From an uncultured Actinomycetota bacterium (lineage in GTDB: Bacteria > Actinomycetota > Geothermincolia > Geothermincolales > RBG-13-55-18), in NCBI GenBank assembly GCA_964510515.1, contig CAZEAU010000010.1:9586-73585 (forward strand): a stretch of DNA of 64,000 bases, written 5' to 3'. Both the position numbers and the translations under genes were made by a program. The notes beneath the pieces were generated by a model, which was not told the DNA's origin, did not search any database, and saw only the letters and a list, made by a program, of their open reading frames with translations. Below are positions 21,050-28,778 of this stretch, piece by piece. Within the stretch, counting starts at the first letter, position 1. Each line of letters opens with the position of its first letter.

Positions 21050-21619
21050 ATGGGCATGGAGGTTGATCCCAAGCCGACGGATTTTGTAGATTATAAGGCG
21101 GTCTTCTCGCAGGCCCTCACCCTGGTGGGTAGGGGCGCCAGCGTTTCCGAAGCGCTCGAGTCCTGCCTCAAGCGGAGCTACCCCCTCACCTACACGGAGA
21201 TGCTCGCCGAGGCGAGGGGCATCGTCTCCCGCCTGCGGCGGGAACGGGAATGGGGCCCCCTGCGCACGCTGCGGGAGCTGGCGGACAAACCGGGGCTGGC
21301 CGACCGCATGCGCAGGCCCGCCGCGCAAGGCGCGGCCCCACCCGCACGCACGTCGCAGCGCCCCGACGCCATCGCCGATTTCCCCCGCATTTTCTTGCTC
21401 GCGCAGCAGCGGCGCCAGGCGGGTTTCTCCCTGGACGACTCCCTGGAGATGGCCGTGCGCGAGCTCTATCCCCATACCTATCGCAAGGTACTGGAGGCGG
21501 CGCGCTTCTACGTGGGCCTGGCGGCGCGCGTGCGCGGCGAACACGAGCTGCGCGCCCTGAGGGAGCTCGCGGAGGACCCGCGCATCTTCACTTCCCTGGA
21601 GGATTCGCCCACGGAATGA
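21050..21619 (+). CDS. hypothetical protein with internal tandem duplication (two ~75-aa helical repeats)
   Basis: Repeat 1 (...LESCLKRSYPLTYTEMLAEARGIVSRLRREREWGPLRTLRELADKP) and repeat 2 (...LEMAVRELYPHTYRKVLEAARFYVGLAARVRGEHELRALRELAEDP) are clearly homologous. No recognised family. Confidence 0.5.
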   Translation: MGMEVDPKPTDFVDYKAVFSQALTLVGRGASVSEALESCLKRSYPLTYTEMLAEARGIVSRLRREREWGPLRTLRELADKPGLADRMRRPAAQGAAPPARTSQRPDAIADFPRIFLLAQQRRQAGFSLDDSLEMAVRELYPHTYRKVLEAARFYVGLAARVRGEHELRALRELAEDPRIFTSLEDSPTE

Positions 21620-21703
21620 GGGGCGGAGGTGCCGGGCCGGGACGGAAGCGGCGCCGCGATGCCGCCGCCTGAAAACGGGCCGCCATGCTGTTATACTGTC
21701 GGC

Positions 21704-22147
21704 ATGGGCAAGGATACGGGCCGGGAGAGGGAATGGGGGCGCCGCCTGCTGGGCGTCCTGCTTGGCATCACCGGGCTGGGTACCGCCACCTTCTGGATCC
21801 TCTTCTTCTCGGGAAGGATCAAGGCCACGGAGACGGAACAGGACGAGGCTTTCGAGCGGTCTTTCCCGGTCGCCGACTCGTGGATGAGCGCCCTGTGCAT
21901 GCTTGCCGCCTGGCACCTGTGGCGGGGAGAGCGCGAGGGCGCTTTCCTGGGGACGGCGGCGGGGAGCTCGCTCGTCTTCCTGGCGCTGCTGGACATCCTC
22001 TATGGGCTGGAGAACCGCAAGTATTGGCCCCTGGACAGCGACCGCTCCACCATGCTGGCCATCCACCTCTGGGCCCTCGGCCTGGGCTGCACGACCATGG
22101 TGCGGCTGTGGAGGGATTACATGGCCGAGAGCGGCGGGCGCGCTTGA
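21704..22147 (+). CDS. hypothetical small integral membrane protein (about 4 TM helices)
   Basis: Hydrophobic stretches LLGVLLGITGLGTATFWILFF, WMSALCMLAAW, SLVFLALLDILYGL and LAIHLWALGLGCTTMV. Start uncertain: the track start is a GTG at 21629 and the first ATG is 21704. Confidence 0.35.
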   Translation: MGKDTGREREWGRRLLGVLLGITGLGTATFWILFFSGRIKATETEQDEAFERSFPVADSWMSALCMLAAWHLWRGEREGAFLGTAAGSSLVFLALLDILYGLENRKYWPLDSDRSTMLAIHLWALGLGCTTMVRLWRDYMAESGGRA

Positions 22148-22192
22148 CCCCTCCCCGCCGCCCTCCCCTTCAGCCGCACCATCCGCGCGGCA

Positions 22193-23485
22193 TCATTTCA
22201 TTGCGGTCGGCTTCTTCGCCGGCTTCGCGGCCGGCTTCTTGGCCTTCTTCGCGGCCGCCCCGGCCTTCGCCGCGGGCTTCCTCCCGCCAAGCGACCCCGC
22301 CGCCTTCTTCGCCGCCGACCCCGCCGCCTTCTTCGCGCGCTTCGGCTTCGCCTCCTTCTCCTCCAGCAGGCTACTGGCGGGCATGCCGCACACCTGCTTG
22401 CCGTCCCTGCCCTCGGGGCAGTGCTCGATGAGGAAGCGCGACACGGCGGGGGCCAGCTCCTTCTGAGAGCGGGAGCTGACATAGATGCCTATATGCCCGC
22501 CCGGAAAGCTGTACAGCGTCTTGTCCTCGCTGCCCACCAGGTCGTTTAAGGGTATGGAGGAGGCGGGCGGCACCAGGTGGTCCTCGGTGGCATAGATATT
22601 GAGCAGGGGCATGGTGATGTTCGCGAGGTCCACGCGCCGCTCCCCGATCATCAGCTCCCCTTTCACCAGCTTGTTCTCCTGGTAGAGGTCCTTGAGGAAC
22701 TTGCGATAAGCCTCGCCGGCCTGCGCCGGGCTGTCGAATATCCACTTCTCCATGCGCACGAAATTGGCCACCGTGGCCGGATCGTCCAGGTTGTCCATGA
22801 GGCCCACGTACTTATCCACCATGAGCTGGAAGGGCTTGAGCATGAGGAAACCCACGTTCATGAACTCGCCCGGGATGATGCCCATGGTGTCCACCATGTT
22901 GTCGATGTCCATGTGCTGGCTCCACACGTTGAGCAAGCCGTCCGTGGTCTGGAAATCCACCGGGGCGACCATGGTGATGAGGTTGCGTATCTTCTCCGGG
23001 TAGAGGGCGGAATAGATGATGCTGAAGGTCCCGCCCTGGCATACGCCGAGCAGGTTGATCTGTTCGCACCCGCTGCGCTCGCGCACGAAATCGACGCAGC
23101 CGTCGAGGTAGACGTCGATATAGTCCTCCATGGTGACGTAGCGGTCACCGTGGTCGGGATACCCCCAGTCGATGATATAGATGTCCAGCCCCTGGCCGAG
23201 CAGGTTGCGGATGAGGCTGCGGTCCGACTGCAGGTCCATCATGTACTGCCGGTTGACCAGGGCGTAGCAGATGAGGATGGGGGTGGGGCAGGCAAGAGCC
23301 TCGCCCGGGAGGTAGTGGTAGAGCTTCATCTTGTCCTCTTCGAAGACCAGCTCCTTGGGGGTCGGCTCCACCTCGACGTCGCTGATGGTGGTGAGTATCT
23401 CGGTGCCCTTGACCAGCTTGCGGTTTATGTCCTCCAGCTCCTGCACGAAGAAGCCGGGGTCCATGAATTCTCTCAGCATGCTCAT
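22193..23485 (-). CDS. phaC: class III poly(3-hydroxyalkanoate) synthase PhaC with a ~75-aa Lys/Ala/Pro-rich C-terminal tail
   Basis: Very close to Allochromatium-type PhaC (ICYALVNRQYMMDLQSDRS...DWGYPD...lipase box GVCQGG...MEKWIFDSPAQAGE...FPGGHIGIYVS). Starts at MSMLREF with a GGAGGAGGG RBS. The tail EKEAKPKRAKKAAGSAAKKAAGSLGGRKPAAKAGAAAKKAKKPAAKPAKKPTAMK is absent from canonical PhaC. Confidence 0.85.
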   Translation of the reverse strand: MSMLREFMDPGFFVQELEDINRKLVKGTEILTTISDVEVEPTPKELVFEEDKMKLYHYLPGEALACPTPILICYALVNRQYMMDLQSDRSLIRNLLGQGLDIYIIDWGYPDHGDRYVTMEDYIDVYLDGCVDFVRERSGCEQINLLGVCQGGTFSIIYSALYPEKIRNLITMVAPVDFQTTDGLLNVWSQHMDIDNMVDTMGIIPGEFMNVGFLMLKPFQLMVDKYVGLMDNLDDPATVANFVRMEKWIFDSPAQAGEAYRKFLKDLYQENKLVKGELMIGERRVDLANITMPLLNIYATEDHLVPPASSIPLNDLVGSEDKTLYSFPGGHIGIYVSSRSQKELAPAVSRFLIEHCPEGRDGKQVCGMPASSLLEEKEAKPKRAKKAAGSAAKKAAGSLGGRKPAAKAGAAAKKAKKPAAKPAKKPTAMK

Positions 23486-24600
23486 CCCTCCTCCCCCGCT
23501 CCCGTGAGCTCCTTGACCTCCGCCTTCAGCGCGCGCACATCGCGCTTCAGGCGGTCCACCGCCTTGTAGAGGTGGTCCATCTCCGAGCGGTTGGGAAAGG
23601 GCAGCTCCTTGGTGGCTTCCTCCACGTAGGCCTGGAAGTCGCGCCGGAACTGCATGCCCTTGTCCACGAGCTGTCCCTGCAGGCGGGAGAACTCCTCGGT
23701 ACGGAAGAGATCGATGTACAGCTCCTCGCTCGTCTCCCACCACAGGCGGTAGAGGTCGCGGAAGGACATGGGCTCCGCCGTGCCCTCCGCCTGCAGTGAG
23801 CCCAGTTTCCGCTGCAACACCTCGAATGACCTGGCGCCCGCCCCCTGCAGCGCGGCGTAGAACTCCGAGAGGACGATGTTGAACTCCGCGAGCGAGTCCA
23901 CGGTATAGCGCAGCTTCTCCGCCGCCTCACGGTAATAACCCATGGCCGGGGCGCGCAGCAGGCGGCCGAAGCTCTCCTCGTAGGCCTTCTTCCAGGCCCC
24001 GTAGGCCTCCACCGTGCCCTCGGGGGAGAGCTTCTCCATGCTCATGGCGCGGTCCACCATACGGCGTCCGTATTCGTACCAGGGCGACCACAGGTGCACG
24101 AGCAGCCCGGAGGCGAGGAGGGGGATCTCGCCGTCGTAGAGCTCGGCTATCCACTGCAGCTGGGGGGGCAGCGCGGGCGCGAACACCTTCTGCACGATCT
24201 CCCGGTACTGCCCCGACCACTTCTCCAGCACCTCTTTGACGGCGTTGAAATCGTACTCCCCGCCCTCGCCGGCGGCCTTGCGGTAGGCCTCGAACATCTC
24301 CACCCACATGGCATGGAGTCGCGCATACACGTCCGCGGCCTGAAACATCTTGGCGTACGCGTCCGGGCCGATGCCGCCCGCGGGCGGGGTGAACCTCGCC
24401 GTCATCTCCTGCACGGAATCCATCCACCTGCGGTAGAGCTCGCTGGCGTCGGGCTCCGGCCTGCCGTCCGGCCTCTCCCCTCCCTGGCCCCACCCTCCGG
24501 CCATACGCGTCCAGGCGTCCATCCATCCCTTGAACATCTCCGCCTGGGCTTCCTGCCACTTCTTCCACACATCCGAGTGGCTATCGGTCCTCTCCGGCAT
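23482..24600 (-). CDS. phaE: class III PHA synthase subunit PhaE
   Basis: 372 aa, Trp-rich. Conserved blocks versus A. vinosum PhaE (LRAPAMGYYREAAEKL..., ...FRTEEFSRLQGQLV..., ...FPNRSEMDHLYKAVDRLKRDVRALKAEVKEL). Its stop overlaps the phaC start (ATGA). Confidence 0.8.
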   Translation of the reverse strand: MPERTDSHSDVWKKWQEAQAEMFKGWMDAWTRMAGGWGQGGERPDGRPEPDASELYRRWMDSVQEMTARFTPPAGGIGPDAYAKMFQAADVYARLHAMWVEMFEAYRKAAGEGGEYDFNAVKEVLEKWSGQYREIVQKVFAPALPPQLQWIAELYDGEIPLLASGLLVHLWSPWYEYGRRMVDRAMSMEKLSPEGTVEAYGAWKKAYEESFGRLLRAPAMGYYREAAEKLRYTVDSLAEFNIVLSEFYAALQGAGARSFEVLQRKLGSLQAEGTAEPMSFRDLYRLWWETSEELYIDLFRTEEFSRLQGQLVDKGMQFRRDFQAYVEEATKELPFPNRSEMDHLYKAVDRLKRDVRALKAEVKELTGAGEEG

Positions 24601-24621
24601 GGGTCATCTCCTTCTACGCGC

Positions 24622-24891
24622 CTACTCCTTCGCCAGCAGCTCCTCCATCTTGCGCAACCCCTCCTCGAGGTTGCGGCGGAACTCCTCGCGTCCCTTGCGC
24701 ATGTTCTCCAGCCACTCCTGCAGGACCTTCTCTCCCTCCTTCTGGAGATCTCCGCCCTGGTCCAGCAGCGTCTTCCACAGTTTCTCCGTCTGCTCCTGCA
24801 CCGAATTCATGGCATCAAAGGACATGAGCATACCGGAGCGCATGCCCTCCAGGACCGTCTTCTGCATCGTCTTCGCATCCATCTCCCTCAC
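24622..24891 (-). CDS. phasin-like small coiled-coil protein (PHA granule-associated / regulator candidate)
   Basis: 89 aa, highly charged alpha-helical (EKLWKTLLDQGGDLQKEGEKVLQEWLENMRKGREEFRRNLEEGLRKMEELLAKE), 21 nt upstream of phaE. GTG start with G-rich RBS. Confidence 0.5.
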   Translation of the reverse strand: MREMDAKTMQKTVLEGMRSGMLMSFDAMNSVQEQTEKLWKTLLDQGGDLQKEGEKVLQEWLENMRKGREEFRRNLEEGLRKMEELLAKE

Positions 24892-25131
24892 CCCTTTCCC
24901 CGATCGAAGCCTGTTTTACTCTATGATTCCTTTCCGGGCCGGCCCGTAAACATCTTCGCTGGGCCCGTGCAGACGCATGCGCGCCCGCCCATCAGCATGC
25001 ATCGGCTCGGCACCCCTCCCCCTTCAACCCTCTCCCCCGCCGCCGCGCACGGGAGCGCATGCGCCGCGCCCGCGGTGTATAATCTTGACATCACCCCGTC
25101 GGCTTGGCACGGCTCGAACAGGAGGGAACGC

Positions 25132-26133
25132 ATGAACGGAGAAAACCTCTACGAGAAGCTGTCGGAACGCATACTCACCAAGGGGAGCAGGTTCGTGCCG
25201 GACCTCTTCCGCATGGTCGCCGACGAGGAGGAGGCGCGCATCATGCTCGCCACGCCCGGCACGGCGGAGGAGCTGGCCGCCAGGCTCGATTGCGCCGTGG
25301 GGGAGGTGGAGGAGAAGCTCGCCACGCTGTACCGCAAGGGGCTCATCTTCAAATCGGACAAGCCCCAGGGCACCCTGTACCGCATGGTGCGCGACATCAC
25401 CCAGTTCCACGACGCCACCATCCTCTGGGAGGGCGCAAGCCGGGAATACCTCGACCTCTGGAAGCGACAGACCCGGGAGGAGCTGCCCGCGTATATCAAC
25501 ATGGTGAGCATGATCGCCCCCAAGCCCTTCACCCGGGTGGTGCCCGTGAACCAGCCGGTGGAGGCGCGCCAGAGCATACTCGCCTTCGAGGACGTCGAGC
25601 GCATGCTGCGCGATGCGGGCAGGCTCGCGGTGGCCAGATGCACCTGCCGCCTCGTGGACGGTGCCTGCGGGAAGCCCCTCGAGGTATGCCTGCAGCTGGG
25701 CAGGGGGGCCGACTATGCCATCGACCGCGGCAGCGGCCGCGAGGTGACCTTTGAGGAAGCCCTGGATATCATCCACATGGCGGAGGAAGCGGGGCTGGTC
25801 CACGTGGCCATGAACAAGGCCTACGGCAGCAATATCATCTGCAACTGCTGCGGGGACTGCTGCATAGCCTTCGGGCTGCCCATACCCTCCAGCGCCATCG
25901 TCGACCCCAGCCGCTTCCTGGCGGTGGTGGACGGGGAGTCCTGCAACGGCTGCGCCACCTGCGTCGAGCGCTGCCTCTTCGAGGCCATCGCCATGGAGGA
26001 GCTCGGCGGGGGAGAGGTGGCTATGATCGCCGCGGAGAGATGCATGGGCTGCGGGCTCTGCCAGGTCACCTGCCCCGAGGAAGCCATCTCCATGCGGGCG
26101 GTACGCGAGGAGTCCTTCGTCCCCGACCTCTGA
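25132..26133 (+). CDS. 4Fe-4S ferredoxin-domain protein with additional Cys-rich motifs
   Basis: Starts MNGENLYEKL with an AGGAGGGA RBS. Two CX2CX2CX3C(P) motifs (CNGCATCVERC, CMGCGLCQVTCP), plus CTCRLVDGAC and CNCCGDCC clusters. The upstream half of track ORF 24094..26133 is antisense to phaE. Confidence 0.6.
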   Translation: MNGENLYEKLSERILTKGSRFVPDLFRMVADEEEARIMLATPGTAEELAARLDCAVGEVEEKLATLYRKGLIFKSDKPQGTLYRMVRDITQFHDATILWEGASREYLDLWKRQTREELPAYINMVSMIAPKPFTRVVPVNQPVEARQSILAFEDVERMLRDAGRLAVARCTCRLVDGACGKPLEVCLQLGRGADYAIDRGSGREVTFEEALDIIHMAEEAGLVHVAMNKAYGSNIICNCCGDCCIAFGLPIPSSAIVDPSRFLAVVDGESCNGCATCVERCLFEAIAMEELGGGEVAMIAAERCMGCGLCQVTCPEEAISMRAVREESFVPDL

Positions 26134-26277
26134 GCTCTTTGCGGCCCGGCCCTGTGGGTGCGGAGCGCGGGCTTGCGGCGGATATGCTGCCCGCGAAGGT
26201 CGCGTCAGGGCGAGGCGGCCGAGCCCGGGCAGCGGTCCATGTGCGGGCGCGGCACCCGGGCCTCCCCCCCTTCCCGC

Positions 26278-26383
26278 GGCGGCTCCCATGCGCGCCCCTC
26301 GCGTAAGCGGAACCTCCACTTCATCTCCTTTACGAGGCGGGCGAAATGGCGGCTCCCATGCGCGCCCCTCGCGTAAGCGGAAC
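26278..26383. repeat. perfect 36-bp direct repeat (2 copies, 34-bp spacer): GGCGGCTCCCATGCGCGCCCCTCGCGTAAGCGGAAC
   Basis: Copies at 26278..26313 and 26348..26383 are identical. They lie in the convergent intergenic region between the ferredoxin-like gene and the MaoC gene. Confidence 0.6.
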
Positions 26384-26411
26384 GGGCCCGCTGCAATGGG
26401 CGGACTTACGC

Positions 26412-26447
26412 ATAATTAAAAGAGGGCGGGGATATCCCCGCCCTCTT
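26412..26447 (-). terminator. Rho-independent terminator (perfect 13-bp stem AAGAGGGCGGGGA/TCCCCGCCCTCTT) after the MaoC/SDR operon; may act bidirectionally
   Basis: The hairpin at 26419..26447 is followed on the minus strand by TTTTAATTAT. It sits between convergent genes. Confidence 0.55.
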
Positions 26448-26461
26448 AACCCGTCGTTCGC

Positions 26462-27310
26462 CTATACGTTCAGCCACACCGCAGCATTGGTGATGCAGTA
26501 TTCCTCCGGGCGCTCCTTGGTGGTGCAGCGGAAGACGACCTTGTCGTCCGCCTCCTTCCACATCTGGGTGACGATGGTGTCTCCGGGCCACACCGGGCGG
26601 CTGAAACGGACCTTGATGGCCTTGAACTTGGCCGGGTCGTTGTCGCAGTACTGGCGCAGCACGGCGCGCCCCGCGAGTCCGAAGGTGCACAGCCCGTGCA
26701 GTATGGGACGGTCGAACCCGGCCATGGCCGAGAAGTTCGGGTCCACGTGCAGCGGGTTGTAGTCGCCGGAGAGGCGATAGATCATGGCCTGGGTGATGAG
26801 GGTGGGCGTCTCCACCACCGCGTCGGGGTCGCGCTCCGGGGGCTCGTTGCCCGGATCGGGTCCGCGCTCGCCGCCGAACCCTCCCTCGCCGCGGATGAAG
26901 CTGGAGAACTTGTTGTAGAAGACCACGTCCCCGGCCTCGTCGACGGTGTCGGCGTCCAGCTCGATCACGGCGCCCTTGGTCTTGTCCCACACCGCGGCTA
27001 TTTTCGGCTTGCTCGTGAGCTTGCCACTCGTGGGGATGGGCTTGCGAACCTCCAGGTACTGCTCGCCGTGAACCAGCATGACCAGGTTGATGTCCACCCC
27101 CTCCACCGCCACCAGGCCCATGAGGGCCGGGAAGGGCGGGACGACCCCGAAGGTGGGCAGGGCCATCAGGCCGTTCTCGTACACGAACTTGAGCTCGTCC
27201 GCTTCGTAGCCGGCTCCGATCCCCAGGGCGTAGAGGATAACGTCCCGGGTGGTGAAGTCGAAGTCGAGCGGCGGCAGCTCTTTTCCTACCACGGACAGAT
27301 CGATGGGCAT
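26462..27310 (-). CDS. MaoC-like (R)-specific enoyl-CoA hydratase (MFE-2 hydratase-2 domain; PhaJ-like)
   Basis: Double hot-dog fold, 282 aa, with the hydratase-2 motif region (YRLSGDYNPLHVDPNFSAMAGFDRPILHGLCTFG). Confidence 0.8.
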   Translation of the reverse strand: MPIDLSVVGKELPPLDFDFTTRDVILYALGIGAGYEADELKFVYENGLMALPTFGVVPPFPALMGLVAVEGVDINLVMLVHGEQYLEVRKPIPTSGKLTSKPKIAAVWDKTKGAVIELDADTVDEAGDVVFYNKFSSFIRGEGGFGGERGPDPGNEPPERDPDAVVETPTLITQAMIYRLSGDYNPLHVDPNFSAMAGFDRPILHGLCTFGLAGRAVLRQYCDNDPAKFKAIKVRFSRPVWPGDTIVTQMWKEADDKVVFRCTTKERPEEYCITNAAVWLNV

Positions 27311-27348
27311 CTTATCACCCCTTCATTCCGTAATGACGCTTGCGGCCA

Positions 27349-28263
27349 TCAGGTAAGGTTCATCTTGCCCAGGATGAGACCGGCGTGCTCGGTGGCGCCT
27401 CCCACCGTCTGGGCTCCCTCCAGGCTGGTTATCTTGTCGATGTTCTCGTCGATCATCTCCAGGGTGATGGGCTCCTTCTTGACGTCGAAGAGCACCCCCG
27501 GCCCCTCCATGAAGGCGGTGCGGCTGAAATAGCCTCCGCCGGCCACGAAGATGCACCCGGAGAAGCTGTTCTTCTCGGAGCAGGCCCAGCCGACGATGGG
27601 GGATACGTACTCAGGCTTGAGCACCTCCAGCATCTGCGGGGGCATCACCGTCGCGGTCATGCGCGTCCCGGCGACGGGGAGGATGGCGTTGGCCAGGATG
27701 TTATACTTGGCGCCCTCCTGCTTGAGGACGTGCATGAGTCCGACGATGCCCATCTTGGCCGCCCCGTAGTTGGCCTGCCCGAAGTTGCCGTATACGCCGG
27801 CCCCCGAGGTAGCGGCGATGATGCGGCCGTAGCTGTTCTCGCGCATGTGGGGGAAAGCGGCCTTGCAGCAGAAGAAGGTGCCGTTGAGGTGCACGGAGAT
27901 GACCTTCTCGTAGTCCTCCATCTCCATCTTGATGAAGCTCTTGTCGCGCAGGATGCCGGCATTGCTGATGAGGATGTCGATCTTGCCGAAAGAGTCCAGG
28001 GCCGTCTGGATGATGTTCGAGGCCCCTTCCCAGTCGGCGACGCTGTCGAAGTTGGGAACCGCCTCTCCCCCGGCGTCCTTGATCTCCTTACAGACCTCCT
28101 CCGCCGCGGTGTGCCCCGAGCCGGTGCCGTCGAAGGCGCCCCCCAGGTCGTTGACCACGACCTTGGCCCCGCGGCTGGCAAGGAGCAAGGCGTATTCCCT
28201 ACCCAGGCCGCCGCCGGCCCCGGTCACTACTGCGACGCGGTCATCGAATCTTACCTCCGCCAT
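27349..28263 (-). CDS. SDR-family (3R)-hydroxyacyl-CoA dehydrogenase (MFE-2 / HSD17B4 dehydrogenase-domain homologue)
   Basis: MAEVRFDDRVAVVTGAGGGLGREYALLLASRGAKVVVNDLGG...NAGILRD...YGRIIAATSGAGVYGNFGQANYGAAK aligns closely with the N-terminal dehydrogenase domain of peroxisomal multifunctional enzyme 2. AAGGAGAAGG RBS. Confidence 0.8.
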   Translation of the reverse strand: MAEVRFDDRVAVVTGAGGGLGREYALLLASRGAKVVVNDLGGAFDGTGSGHTAAEEVCKEIKDAGGEAVPNFDSVADWEGASNIIQTALDSFGKIDILISNAGILRDKSFIKMEMEDYEKVISVHLNGTFFCCKAAFPHMRENSYGRIIAATSGAGVYGNFGQANYGAAKMGIVGLMHVLKQEGAKYNILANAILPVAGTRMTATVMPPQMLEVLKPEYVSPIVGWACSEKNSFSGCIFVAGGGYFSRTAFMEGPGVLFDVKKEPITLEMIDENIDKITSLEGAQTVGGATEHAGLILGKMNLT

Positions 28264-28778
28264 AGACCTTCTCCTTTCCTTCCTCGGGGGTGCGCCCCCC
28301 ACGCTGTTTCCTGTCTCGCCTGCACCCAGCCCGCCATCGCGAGCAAGGCCGACGCTGAGTTGATGGCCCTGTTAGAACACGATACCCGCCGCCCGGGTGG
28401 CCCTATCATTATATACCCGATCCTACAACCCGATCCCGCCTGGCTTGCTTCCGCCGACGCCGCAAGCTCCCGCCCGGCTTTTCGATATTACCATATCGCT
28501 GGGGCAATATCATACCCGCTGCCTCCGCGGGCGCGCCGACCCGCGTTCACCGCGGGCGCCCCCCGCCGCATGATCGATACCCGGCCCGCCGAAACGGCGC
28601 CTGAGCCCTGCCTCCGGGGCAGATCCGCCTTGCGCGCTGCGACCATATCCGGGCCGGCCGCGGCGGCAGCGGGCCTGTCTTGCAGCGTCCTTATGCTTCA
28701 TAATGTCTGGGGCGCCTGCCTTCCCCGCCGGGAGAGGGTGGGCGCGGCAGACATCCGCCGCACACCCGGGAGGGAGAT

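Noticed and set aside
25070-25095. TATAAT immediately followed by TTGACA (GGTGTATAATCTTGACATCACC) as a sigma70 promoter
   Set aside because: The hexamers are in the wrong order and spacing for a single promoter on either strand. The TATAAT alone may serve as a -10 for the ferredoxin-like gene, and the flanking GGTG…CACC may just be an inverted repeat.
26278-26383. Interpreting the two 36-bp repeats as a second CRISPR array
   Set aside because: Two copies are insufficient. The sequence is unrelated to the I-E-like repeats at 34.6 kb and lacks an obvious hairpin-forming repeat core. Reported as a direct repeat instead.
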